Assembly: GCA_036479435.1 (NCBI GenBank)
Contig: JAZGFI010000103.1
Coordinates: forward strand, 96,001 to 160,000
Source of the DNA: Planctomycetota bacterium
GTDB taxonomy: Bacteria; Planctomycetota; GCA-002687715; DRQF01
Length of the DNA: 64,000 bases
Direction: 5' to 3'
Below, in pieces: positions 18,919 through 28,566 of the stretch (positions within the stretch are counted from its first letter, which is position 1; the number at the start of each line of letters is the position of its first letter). Below the pieces are notes generated by a model. It saw nothing but the letters and a program-made list of their open reading frames with translations, was not told where the DNA came from and made no database searches. Made by a program: the position numbers and the translations under genes.

Positions 18919-20145
18919 CTAAGGCGCGTAAAGCTTTAATCTCGCCGCGCGCGCCCTTAAGAGCTCATCGCGGAAATCCGCACTGAGTAGATAATCCAGG
19001 GATTTCAGATCCTTGGGATTCAAATCCGGTTTCTTTGTTAGTTCGCTTCGATAGGAACGCAAAAATGCGACGGCATCTTTGCCCCCAATGGAAGCCACCA
19101 ACCTCAGGGCGTCCGGACCCAAATCGGGATGGGAGACTAAGGATTCTGCGAAAGTCAAAGATCTTGGCGAGGCGATCTTCGCCAGTGCCGTCAGCGCTTC
19201 CTTGCGTACGCCGAGGTCCGAGCCTTGTAAGGCAATGCTCTCGAGATCGATCGCAGCAAAACTCGATTCGAGGTCTCCCAACAAAAAGACGGCATGCCGT
19301 CTCAAAGCAAGCGAGTCATCGCTGAGGCTTCTGTGAAACAAGGGAGCGGCTCGCCGGCCGAATCTTTTCGCGACACGATTGAGAAAGTCCTTGCGCTGCT
19401 TTTCGCCTCCGCCGCGCTGAAAGCTGGCGAAGTCGCGCAAAAAAGCTGCTTTGGCTTGAGGCGACGGAAAAGTCAGACGATCCTGTGTCCAGCCTACGGC
19501 GTTGGTCGATTCGATCTTCGTCAACGATTGCCGGTGCATCCCCTGCTCTATGGCGGGTAAGTCGCGGACGCGCAGTTTTTGCAGTGGCAACAAATCGCCA
19601 CCGTCAAATAGCGAAGCGCGAGCGAAAACCAGAGCATCGAGTTCCCGAACCACGACGCGTCTTACCCAGGGGCTAGCGCTCTTGATGTTCTTCAAGATCA
19701 GGCTCTTTACCGATTGCAGGCGCCTTAATTCCAAAGGCTCCTGAATCGCCGCCAGGAGGCCGCGGACGAATACGAGGCGAGAACTGCCGCCGAACTCGGG
19801 AAGGTCGACAAAGTCGACGAGCCGATCGATACGTCCTTTGGGAGAGGGTCTTAGAAAAAAGAGCTTGCTGAGTTTTGGACGCACCCCTAGGTTTTTCGTT
19901 CCCGCCAATAGTAATCGCGTCGCGCGACGTTCGCCTTTTAGGGTCTCGATCACCGTGATGCGGTCGACTCGTTCGCCGTTCGGAAGGCGCGAACTCATGC
20001 TAAGGCGCCCCCTCACGATCAGCGGAGCTTCGCCGAGCAACACACGGTCTAACCAGGGGCGATAGGATTTGGCACGCGACTCTTGCGCCAGCAAAGTTGT
20101 GGCAAGCAGGCTCAAGGTAAAGGCGACGACACAGATTCGAGGCAT
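18919..20145 (-). CDS. Exported HEAT-repeat protein
   Basis: Signal peptide from ATG at 20145 (MPRICVVAFTLSLLATTLLA). HEAT-like repeats (LRRHAVFLLGDL, VRKEALTALAKI). Confidence 0.7.
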   Translation of the reverse strand: MPRICVVAFTLSLLATTLLAQESRAKSYRPWLDRVLLGEAPLIVRGRLSMSSRLPNGERVDRITVIETLKGERRATRLLLAGTKNLGVRPKLSKLFFLRPSPKGRIDRLVDFVDLPEFGGSSRLVFVRGLLAAIQEPLELRRLQSVKSLILKNIKSASPWVRRVVVRELDALVFARASLFDGGDLLPLQKLRVRDLPAIEQGMHRQSLTKIESTNAVGWTQDRLTFPSPQAKAAFLRDFASFQRGGGEKQRKDFLNRVAKRFGRRAAPLFHRSLSDDSLALRRHAVFLLGDLESSFAAIDLESIALQGSDLGVRKEALTALAKIASPRSLTFAESLVSHPDLGPDALRLVASIGGKDAVAFLRSYRSELTKKPDLNPKDLKSLDYLLSADFRDELLRARAARLKLYAP

Positions 20146-20295
20146 TGAGGGGACCCAAACAAAAAATCGAGAATCGCATGTAGCGACTCTCGATTCTATC
20201 TGGTTCTCAAAGGAAACGAGCCTTAGTTTTGGCAAGGGTTCCTTGGGGCGCTCAGTCTTAGGCCCGAATCTGGCGCTAAGAAGCGCCAGAGGCTC

Positions 20296-20589
20296 TTAAC
20301 TGGCGCGGGAGGCCTTATCCATCGCCATGCGCATGAGGATCTTCTCGTTGTGGATGCTGATGAATCGTTTGCACTCACCCAGGGTCCCCGTGAAGATGTC
20401 GTCATCCTGATTGACGACTTCGTAGTAGCGAACTCCCTTGATCGAAGTGTTGTAGCGAATGACCATGGTTGGCGTCCTCTTGTAGTGTTCGGCCAGTTGA
20501 CCGACTTGCTCTGTGACACCTCCATCGGAGCAAGCGCCATGCCTTCTTCGCTGATTCTTTCGCTCCTTCGTGGTTTTTTTGGACGCCAC
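20296..20589 (-). CDS. Small basic hypothetical protein (97 aa)
   Basis: Fills an intergenic gap on the operon strand, has host-like codon use, and is followed by the hairpin TCTGGCGCT-AAGA-AGCGCCAGA (20269-20290). Confidence 0.6.
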   Translation of the reverse strand: MASKKTTKERKNQRRRHGACSDGGVTEQVGQLAEHYKRTPTMVIRYNTSIKGVRYYEVVNQDDDIFTGTLGECKRFISIHNEKILMRMAMDKASRAS

Positions 20590-20764
20590 ACTCTTAACCC
20601 TTTCGGGTCAGGCACTTAGATCCACAAACTTTGGTCGTTCTTTTCGCCAGTCCCTGCGGCCAACAGGTCTCTTCGGGACACCATTGACGTTTTCGTGCAG
20701 ATCCCGGCAAAAATACTCACCGATTGGTCGAATCTATTGGGCCCTTATTCGAGGCATGTTGGCC

Positions 20765-21304
20765 TCATCGCGGCTTGCGAGGGGACGTCTTGACCTTGGG
20801 GATGGGGTCCGAAGGAGGGCCGAAGTCGGCCCTATAAAGCAATTCCGCCGGGACTGGCGTCACCACGGCTTCTTCGACTTGCTTGTCCTCTGCCGCGCGC
20901 GCCCCGCTTTCGAGGCCCACATGCACGATGCCGGCGAAAAAAACACCAACGCCGAGAGCGAGGGCTCCCTGGCTGGCCCAGCGAAAACTTTTCGACGTCG
21001 CCGTCAACTCTCGCCAACTCACAGACCATGCCTGCAGGCGCCGTTTCAGGCTGGATCGTAGTGACTGCCGACGATGCTCTTTGGCAACGTCTTCGCGCAC
21101 CAAGTCGACAAGCGTTCGCTGCAAGGCCGCGGCCGCAGCGGCGGACGGCTCTTGGAGCGCCAGAACTTCGTGCTCATAGCGCGACACTTCGGGTTCAATG
21201 GTCTGCCAATGATCGGTCAACTCGGTCGATTCCTGTCGATGTAACAGGAAATCGAAGTCGTCGTCCGATGGCCTCAAGTGGGATTTAGGTTCAGATTCGT
21301 TCAT
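20765..21304 (-). CDS. Putative transmembrane anti-sigma factor
   Basis: Directly downstream of an ECF sigma gene, with a single TM segment (ALALGVGVFFAGIVHVGL). Confidence 0.55.
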   Translation of the reverse strand: MNESEPKSHLRPSDDDFDFLLHRQESTELTDHWQTIEPEVSRYEHEVLALQEPSAAAAAALQRTLVDLVREDVAKEHRRQSLRSSLKRRLQAWSVSWRELTATSKSFRWASQGALALGVGVFFAGIVHVGLESGARAAEDKQVEEAVVTPVPAELLYRADFGPPSDPIPKVKTSPRKPR

Positions 21305-21340
21305 GGGAATAGGTGCTTTCTGCGCCGCTCTCGCGGCTTA

Positions 21341-21952
21341 TCAGAAATCCTCCAGGTCTTTTTCCAACAGTTCTCGTAAGCGTCGAACTGCGTTGAACAT
21401 TCTCGATTTCACCGTGCCCACGGGAATCTCCAAGATCTCGCCGATTTCAGCGTATTTCAGCCCCTGAAATTCGGCTAGCACGAAGACATCGCGATGCGTC
21501 TTCGACAGCCGTTCCAAGGCAGCCTCGATGAGATCCTTGATTTCCCGTTTGGCCAGTGCTTCCAATGGCGTCTCCTCATCGCCGGGTAAGAGTTGGGCCA
21601 AAGAAGTCGATGCTTCTCCGCCTCGCCCCACTACCGCGCGATCCAAGGCAACTTCCGCCGGATGTGACTTTTTTGACCGGTAGGAATCGATCCACAAGTT
21701 TCTCGCGACCCGAAAGAGAAAGGTCTTAAAAGCCGCGCGGGGCTCGTAGGCAGCGCGCGACCGAAAGATCTTCCTCCAAGCCTCCTGGCTAAGGTCCTCC
21801 GCCTTTTGCCGGTCACCCGTAAAACTGAAGAAGTACTGGGTCAAGGCCAGCTGGTGACGGTCTACCAGCGCCGAGAACGCGTTGTAGTCGCCCCGCTTGA
21901 ATGCGAGCATCAACTGCACGTCGTCCTCAGGCATGTGGTCTCCAACGGTCAA
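21341..21952 (-). CDS. ECF sigma-70 factor (RpoE/SigW-like)
   Basis: AEDLSQEAW, FKTFLFRVARNLWID (region 2) and GLKYAEIGEILEIPVGTVKSRM (region 4). Confidence 0.93.
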   Translation of the reverse strand: MTVGDHMPEDDVQLMLAFKRGDYNAFSALVDRHQLALTQYFFSFTGDRQKAEDLSQEAWRKIFRSRAAYEPRAAFKTFLFRVARNLWIDSYRSKKSHPAEVALDRAVVGRGGEASTSLAQLLPGDEETPLEALAKREIKDLIEAALERLSKTHRDVFVLAEFQGLKYAEIGEILEIPVGTVKSRMFNAVRRLRELLEKDLEDF

Positions 21953-21956
21953 TTCA

Positions 21957-24900
21957 TCAACGCGTTCGCTGCTCTCGGGTTTTTTTCTTCAAGACGACCC
22001 GAATTTCTTGGCGCCCTAAGCCCTCGGTTTTGCCTTCGTAGACTACCGGTTCCCAGCCCAATGCTTCGACCACAATCTTATAATCCCCAATTGGAAAGGG
22101 GTTTAGCTCAATAAATCCACGACTATCACTGCGGTTGGGGAGTTCGTCGGCCCCGGAGGCCCCGATTTCGAACAAACGCAGCCCACCGGCTTGGGAGCTG
22201 ATGGAGACCAAGGCCCGCGCCACGGGTCGTTTTCCACTGTTGACGACTTCAAGACGCAGGGCGACGCCGGGGGTCAACTGGGCATCAATCTGCCCTTCCC
22301 CGCCTGGATTCAACTCGACTTCTCCCACGAACTGCGGCGGATGATCGGCCGACTGGGCAAAGACCGTGTGAACTCCGGAGGCCAAGCCATCGATTTGTAA
22401 TCGACCTTCGGCGCTGCTGCGAAGCCGCTGTGATTCGAGCGCTTCGGCGTTCTCAGCGTCGTATAAAAAGAGCTGAGCGTTCTGCACGGGCCTGCCGTCG
22501 GGGTGATAAAGGTAAACCGAAAGACTCGCGCCTAGGTCCAACTTGATTTCGAGATCGCGTCGTCGACGTGTTTCGTCGACCGTGACGTCTTTGAGAATCG
22601 TCTCCCCAAAATCCCAACTGGACACTTTAATGTCGTAGACGCCATGCGGGACCGCGGTCAGCACTAAGCGTCCCCGTCGGTCCGTGTATCCGTCGACCAC
22701 GAGTGCCGCGTCTCGTTGATAGGCGCTAGCTGCGGCGACGCCACGAAAATCAGCTCGGTACAAGCGCACCAACGCGCCAGCAACCGCCTGCTGGTTCGTC
22801 GGATGTTTGATCGCAATCGGGAGTTCGTTGGTGACCACTTGGAAGGCCTGTTGGTGCCGCCGACGTCTCACCGCGAAAGTGAAGGGCTCGTGGTAAGTAT
22901 ATTCGTGCCCTCCCGAGTCCAGGTAGCGCAAACGCATGGTCCAGCCGCCACCGTCGAGTTTGTCGACGTGTAGCCGGCCAAATTCATCGCTGAATCCTGA
23001 GACTTCGTCGGAGCCGAGGCGGTAACCACCCGCGGTCAAGGGGATCAACTTGAAGGGCCAATTCGGCATCTTATCGCCGCCGACCCTTAGACTCCCGGTG
23101 AGTCGGCGATCGCTGCGACGCCTAACTTTTGCGGCAGAGTTTTCAGTCGCGGATCTGATCCCGAAGAACTGGCTTCGGTAGCTAAGCAAAGGCTGATCGG
23201 TGAATCGCAGTGAATCAAAAAAGCTAACTTTGTAGGTTCCAGGACGCCAAAGCGCGCCGCGGATTTGATCATCCAATCTGAAAGACGCCTGCTGCGGGTG
23301 GCGAAGGTCCAGCCGCCGCTGCATCTTGCCGTGCAAGAGCGTCGAAGGCCTCAATTGGTCTTGGAACTTCAACCGCCCGTAGTCGACAAAGTCGTTACCT
23401 CGCCCGTAGGTCGCGAACCCGAGGCTGAGCTGTTGGCCTCGAAACTGAATGTGCCCCGGCCCGGCGGGCAGATTCAGGAATTCGAGACCTCCGCGTCGAT
23501 CCAAAGTCGTGAGCAGGGGCTTAAGTCTCCAGGGCAACAGTGACTTTTCAGTTCGCGGAAACATCTGAATTCTGAAGCCACCCGAAGCCAAGAGATGAGA
23601 TTCTCGAAGCTGCGTGTAAGCCGCCGCGCGATAGAAGGAATCTACCTCGAGTGGCAAGTTCAAAACTCTTGACTCCCCCGCGTTGATGCCCACCCGAAAC
23701 GGCGGCGAAGTCGCGGCGCCAAAGCCTGGAACTGCAACGTGGACGACGTAGGTTCCGCGCGGCCAAGCCCACTCGTAGCGCCCGTTTTTTTCGAAGGCCT
23801 CAATACGCTGAGGCAGAGCACCCGCCGGCCCCGAAATCGGAAAGCGAGTCAGCACCACCGGTCTATCGCCAGGAGCGCGACCGCCGATTCGTAAAAGAGC
23901 CCGCACGTTTCCGTAGGGAACAACGCTGTCTTCAGAATTTGCGGTGATGACCGCATTGGAGATCTTGATCGATCGACTGCCCTCTCGGCCAAACGCTCCC
24001 GGATAGGCGCGGATATTGCGGGTCGCCTCGGGTGGCTCCTCAAATAGCCATAGGGGTTCCAATCTGTACTCGCTCGGCGAAAGGCCCGAAATTTTCAGGG
24101 GATCGGAATTCTCCGCCCGGACCAACCATCGTTCTTCAAGCCCGGGAGATTTTGGAAGCAAGCGATAAGGACGCGTCGGCACTAGATCGAAAACGGTCTC
24201 TAAAGGTTCCGGCAGGCGCCAATCCAATCCGATGCGGTTATCTCCCGCGGCGAGGTTGATCGGTTTTGTAACGTAGGTCGCGAGATCGGGGCGACGAAAC
24301 ACCATTCGGTAAGAACCAGGAGGTACTCCCGAAAAGCTGAACCCGCCTTCCGGGTCAGTCATCGTATGGCCAACGAAAAACCGTCCCCAACGCGCCTTGA
24401 GGTCTGGGCCCAACAAGATGTCAGCGTCCAGCGAGTCGGTCGCAATGTACACATCGCAACCGCCGACAGGGCTGCGGTCACTCAACTTGACGCGCCCGTA
24501 GCCGCTCGCCATCTCTGAAGTAATAAGGTCAACGATATTTTGGTTGCCACTGAGCTCCCGGCTTCGCGGCCGCACGCCTCGCTCGCCATCCAGAGCCATG
24601 CCAAAAATCTGAGTGATTCCGGGGTGCACGATGGACGCGTCAAACTCACCCTTGCCGTCCGTGCGGGCGTATACCTGGAATCCAGCGAGATCGACTTCAT
24701 CCTTCGAGCCAAACCCCACTACGAGCGCGCCGGGGAGGGCCTCAAGCCGTCGGCTCCTGACGCGGCCCTTGACCCGCGCACTGGGCGCCATAAACAGGTC
24801 GATGTCCGCGATCGACTCTTTGGCCCGCACGACGACGGGGATCGCTTCGACCGGAAGAAAACCGGTTCGAGTCACGGTCAGCCGATAGTCGCCCGGCAAA

Positions 24901-26003
24901 AGGCCGCCCAAACGAAAGTCGCCCTTAGCGTTTGTGGTGGTTTTGAGATTCCCGATCCGCACTTCTGCTTTCGCGACGCCATCGCGAGTCCCGGCGATGC
25001 GGATGCGACCTTTGAGAGCAGAGCTTGTCACCAGCTCCCGAGTCTTCAATTGAAAGCCCGGAGCCGTACTGAACTTGAGCCCCTCTCGGCCGCGATCGTC
25101 TTCAATTCGAAGTATCGCAACCCCGTCGCTGAGGTTTTTGGCAATGGTCTCAAAGCGTAGCGGCCCGATTTTCTTGGCACCAATGCGCCACAAAAACTCG
25201 TACTCAGCGCCCCCATCTGGATCAAAAACTCCAGAGCCAAAACGATATTGCACGGTGAGGTGACGGCTTTGTTTTGCCCTTACGGTTTGTCGAATCGAGA
25301 GACCCTCGCCGACCGCAATGGGACCAAGTTCAATGTTTTCTGGACCCATCCTCCAGGCGATGAGTCGCGGGGCGATGGACCTGAAACCATCGCTAATCAA
25401 AAACAACACCGGCCCCGCCGGCACGTTGTTGAGACGAGCTTCCAACGAAGAGTTGAATGAGGCCACCGCCAAGGGTTTCGCGTCCAAATCAACGAGCTTT
25501 GAATCAGGCCATGGAAGGCGCAACTGCACCCGCGCTTTTGAAAGATCGAGACCACTGTCCTTCGCTAAGCGAAAGAGAACCGATGCACCACGGTCGAGGA
25601 TGTAGTCGGGCAACAACAGACCTTCGCCGGAGGGAGTTCGTTTCAAAGCAATGCAACGCGCCGCATGGCCACGCGCAAGGATCTGTAGTTGGGGATACTC
25701 GACGGTGAGAGGCAGGCCAAATTCATAGCGGCCCTCTTCATCGCTGCGCCCTTGGGCAATGGTGATTTCGCGACCGTCGCGCCGGACCACGACGCGTAGT
25801 TCAGCCCCGGCGATGGGACCCAAGCCGTATGCCGTCAGAATTCGGCCGGCAATAAGCCCAGGCCCTTGGCTCAACAAGACCGGGGAGGCGAGCAACAAGA
25901 TCAGCCCGGCGAAGCAACCCGGCGATAGCCATAAGAGCCGTTGCCACCCCCGGCGGTCTTTGCCGCTCGTCAAGGCACGCGGCTGCGGAATTTCAGCCCC
26001 CAT
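21957..26003 (-). CDS. Large exported protein with repeated carboxypeptidase-regulatory-like (prealbumin-fold) domains
   Basis: Repeated 'T.TD..G.F...GL.PG.Y.L' beta-sandwich motifs and an N-terminal hydrophobic segment. Start set at ATG 26003, overlapping the thiL end (the ORF extends to 26078). Confidence 0.78.
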   Translation of the reverse strand: MGAEIPQPRALTSGKDRRGWQRLLWLSPGCFAGLILLLASPVLLSQGPGLIAGRILTAYGLGPIAGAELRVVVRRDGREITIAQGRSDEEGRYEFGLPLTVEYPQLQILARGHAARCIALKRTPSGEGLLLPDYILDRGASVLFRLAKDSGLDLSKARVQLRLPWPDSKLVDLDAKPLAVASFNSSLEARLNNVPAGPVLFLISDGFRSIAPRLIAWRMGPENIELGPIAVGEGLSIRQTVRAKQSRHLTVQYRFGSGVFDPDGGAEYEFLWRIGAKKIGPLRFETIAKNLSDGVAILRIEDDRGREGLKFSTAPGFQLKTRELVTSSALKGRIRIAGTRDGVAKAEVRIGNLKTTTNAKGDFRLGGLLPGDYRLTVTRTGFLPVEAIPVVVRAKESIADIDLFMAPSARVKGRVRSRRLEALPGALVVGFGSKDEVDLAGFQVYARTDGKGEFDASIVHPGITQIFGMALDGERGVRPRSRELSGNQNIVDLITSEMASGYGRVKLSDRSPVGGCDVYIATDSLDADILLGPDLKARWGRFFVGHTMTDPEGGFSFSGVPPGSYRMVFRRPDLATYVTKPINLAAGDNRIGLDWRLPEPLETVFDLVPTRPYRLLPKSPGLEERWLVRAENSDPLKISGLSPSEYRLEPLWLFEEPPEATRNIRAYPGAFGREGSRSIKISNAVITANSEDSVVPYGNVRALLRIGGRAPGDRPVVLTRFPISGPAGALPQRIEAFEKNGRYEWAWPRGTYVVHVAVPGFGAATSPPFRVGINAGESRVLNLPLEVDSFYRAAAYTQLRESHLLASGGFRIQMFPRTEKSLLPWRLKPLLTTLDRRGGLEFLNLPAGPGHIQFRGQQLSLGFATYGRGNDFVDYGRLKFQDQLRPSTLLHGKMQRRLDLRHPQQASFRLDDQIRGALWRPGTYKVSFFDSLRFTDQPLLSYRSQFFGIRSATENSAAKVRRRSDRRLTGSLRVGGDKMPNWPFKLIPLTAGGYRLGSDEVSGFSDEFGRLHVDKLDGGGWTMRLRYLDSGGHEYTYHEPFTFAVRRRRHQQAFQVVTNELPIAIKHPTNQQAVAGALVRLYRADFRGVAAASAYQRDAALVVDGYTDRRGRLVLTAVPHGVYDIKVSSWDFGETILKDVTVDETRRRRDLEIKLDLGASLSVYLYHPDGRPVQNAQLFLYDAENAEALESQRLRSSAEGRLQIDGLASGVHTVFAQSADHPPQFVGEVELNPGGEGQIDAQLTPGVALRLEVVNSGKRPVARALVSISSQAGGLRLFEIGASGADELPNRSDSRGFIELNPFPIGDYKIVVEALGWEPVVYEGKTEGLGRQEIRVVLKKKTREQRTR

Positions 26004-26946
26004 GGTCGAATCCTCCCGCAACAAGAGGCTGCACCTCGCCCCCGACCTCCATCGAAAGACGAAGGTCCCCTCGCTCATCTGTCACCAGGCCTATGACGGA
26101 AAGCGCTCCCGTCGAATTCCCATCCTTTTGTAAGCGAAGCCAAGTTTCTTCGCTCATCGTGAAAACGAGTTCAAAATCCTCGCCGTCGTGAAGGGCATGC
26201 TCAAGGGGCGTTCGCCCGGACTGCCTCGACAGGAGCTTCGCGTCGGCATGAATGGGGATCGAGGCGGCGTCGAGCTTGGCCCCGACGTCACTGGCTTCCA
26301 GGATGTTCAATAAGTCCCGGCTCAAGCCATCGCTGATGTCGGCCATCGCCGTCGGCGGGCCCCAACGCATCAACTCTTCCGCCAGTTCGATGCGAGGTTC
26401 AAAATCCAGATGCCGGCCCAATATCGAACCTCCGAGGGCGCCGCTGACCACCACGAGGTCTCCAACTTGGGCCCCGCTTCTTGAGCAGGGCCGCGACCAG
26501 GCTCGTCCGACCAAAGTCCCGGACAACCACAAGCCACCGTCCCCGACTACAGTGTCGCCACCCGCCAAAACACATCCGTAGCGTTCGCACTCCGACTCGA
26601 TCGTTTCGATGATCGCCTGAGCGTCTGCAAGACTTGCCCCTAAACCCAACTTCAGCGACAAGAAAAAGAGCTCGGGTTCACCGCCCATGGCGGCCAGATC
26701 TGAAACATTGGACCGCACCACCTTGCGCGCCAGTTGCGGCCCGATCAAAGGACCGCTTTCCGCGTGCCGACCCTCCAACACCGCATCGTTCGCAATCAAA
26801 ACGCAGCTGGGTCCCGACAAATCCCAGGCCGCCGCGTCGTCACCAATTCCAAGAGTCAACGACGCCGTCTTCAACGGACCCGTCCGAGTTTGGGACCGAG
26901 AACGCAGCCATGCCAAAAAACGATGTTCAGAAAATGCCTCGGTCAT
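25993..26946 (-). CDS. thiL: Thiamine-monophosphate kinase
   Basis: GIGDDAA, NVSDLAAMGG, GGDT, DISDGL and GEDFELVFT motifs. Confidence 0.95.
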   Translation of the reverse strand: MTEAFSEHRFLAWLRSRSQTRTGPLKTASLTLGIGDDAAAWDLSGPSCVLIANDAVLEGRHAESGPLIGPQLARKVVRSNVSDLAAMGGEPELFFLSLKLGLGASLADAQAIIETIESECERYGCVLAGGDTVVGDGGLWLSGTLVGRAWSRPCSRSGAQVGDLVVVSGALGGSILGRHLDFEPRIELAEELMRWGPPTAMADISDGLSRDLLNILEASDVGAKLDAASIPIHADAKLLSRQSGRTPLEHALHDGEDFELVFTMSEETWLRLQKDGNSTGALSVIGLVTDERGDLRLSMEVGGEVQPLVAGGFDHGG

Positions 26947-27161
26947 TCCCCTACCTTAGCAGCGGAATTTTTCGTCGTCAGCAATCGAGGATTCAAGATT
27001 GGCTTTGGCCACATCAAGCAAGAGACTGAGGACTGTCGACCCGAACAACCAGTGTGCCTGAGTCTCTCTCCGGTGCCCTAAGCGAGGGAGACCTCAGAAC
27101 GGAAGACCAAACGCCAATCTTCAGACGTCGGAGCAGTCTTGCCAGGTCGCTGGAGTCGGAC

Positions 27162-28538
27162 CTAGTTGTGAGATATCCACAACTTGATCGAGTGATTGCC
27201 AATCGGCTGAAGAGTAGACCTGTCGCGTACTCGAAGCCTCAAGTATTTCAGTTTATTGAGAGGCGGAGTCGCACCAGTCAGCCCGAAATCGGGAATGGTG
27301 ACCGCCAACTGCGAAGTGCTTTCAATTTTCGACGGAAAGACAATTTCGGCCCCATTTAACGTGCAATAGAGTTCGTGATTCGGGGCGAACTGTCCCACTT
27401 GCAGTTTAAATGAGCTTAGCTCTTTGATGGTTTGCTTGGACGGTTGAAACAACGCAGGCCCCACTGATCCGCTTACAGTCCTCCAACGCCGCAATGGCAG
27501 GTTCTGTGCGATCGCTCGAATTTCCCAATTCGCCATCAATGGGGTTGTTAAGTCGATCACAGCACTCGTGCTAGTCGGTAGCGTCCAGGTTTTTGAGATC
27601 TTGACGTCGCCAGCCGGATCTTTCCGATAGATTTCGAAGGACTTGCCCGGAACGCCTGCTACCCAAACGCGATCTTGGCCAGAAGAGAGGTATCCATAGA
27701 CATGGAGCGTCGTGGGAATTGCCTGGGCCTCTGACAAAGATCCAAGTCTCACTAGATCCCAACCACCTTGGCCATTTGCCATGATCACCGCCGCGCGGGT
27801 ATCCGCGAAGTGCAAATGATTCAGGAGGACCTCCTCGCCAGGGCTCTCAGCGCCAACTGAGCCGAAACCGAGGAACGGATTTAGGTCTGTAGCGTCTTGA
27901 TTGCTGGGGTCATTGGGGTCATCCTCGAAAGGGACCGCCACAGAAAACCCCGCTTCTAGTTGGTCAAATACTTGGTCATTGTTCGAATCGAGCATTCTGC
28001 GGACAGCATGGATTTCAAGGTCGAACAGATACAGTTTACCACCCACAATCCCTGCCCGGACCCAGATAGGTCCAACGGCTGAAACACTTGAAACCGGAAC
28101 CTGAGTTACAATACCGTTGGCCGCGACTACAATTCTAACGACCTGATTCGACTTCGAAGTATTGTTCCAACCGACAATGATGAAGGCATCCGGAAGCGCT
28201 GAATCTGACTTGTCCCTGTCGACAAACAAGATTCGATCGAACCCGGTTGTCCATCCCGATTTTAGCGGTGGTTCAGTTCGTTGATCCACAAGTCCGATTA
28301 CTCCGGAACTAACAGATGTTTCCAGAATACAGTCCTTGGAAGAGGCGGAGAAGTTGTCAAAAATGAAAAATTTGGCCACGTCAGCATTGGGGCCACTGTA
28401 GTCGGGGTGATTAAAATATGAGGCCGCAACCGCAGCCCGCCCGGGATAGGGAACAGCCTGAGCGGCCAAGAAGTCTTGCCCGACTGCGAAACACGTAAAA
28501 ACCATCGCCATGGACAGCATCGATTTGCTCAACATCAT
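27162..28538 (-). CDS. Secreted hypothetical beta-rich protein, possible C-terminal IPT/TIG-like domain
   Basis: AAGGAG RBS before ATG at 28538, signal peptide, Dx[N/D]xD-like motif (DSNNDQVFD), visibly more AT-rich than the flanks. Confidence 0.7.
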   Translation of the reverse strand: MMLSKSMLSMAMVFTCFAVGQDFLAAQAVPYPGRAAVAASYFNHPDYSGPNADVAKFFIFDNFSASSKDCILETSVSSGVIGLVDQRTEPPLKSGWTTGFDRILFVDRDKSDSALPDAFIIVGWNNTSKSNQVVRIVVAANGIVTQVPVSSVSAVGPIWVRAGIVGGKLYLFDLEIHAVRRMLDSNNDQVFDQLEAGFSVAVPFEDDPNDPSNQDATDLNPFLGFGSVGAESPGEEVLLNHLHFADTRAAVIMANGQGGWDLVRLGSLSEAQAIPTTLHVYGYLSSGQDRVWVAGVPGKSFEIYRKDPAGDVKISKTWTLPTSTSAVIDLTTPLMANWEIRAIAQNLPLRRWRTVSGSVGPALFQPSKQTIKELSSFKLQVGQFAPNHELYCTLNGAEIVFPSKIESTSQLAVTIPDFGLTGATPPLNKLKYLRLRVRDRSTLQPIGNHSIKLWISHN

Positions 28539-28566
28539 GAACTCCTTTTCGTCGCAATGGTAATCA

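Noticed and set aside
26947..27161. TPP riboswitch upstream of thiL
   Set aside because: The conserved TPP aptamer segments (CUGAGA with the downstream CCUGA...AUGC/AGCG.AGGGA arrangement) could not be found in order; the region is reported only as an unexplained structure.
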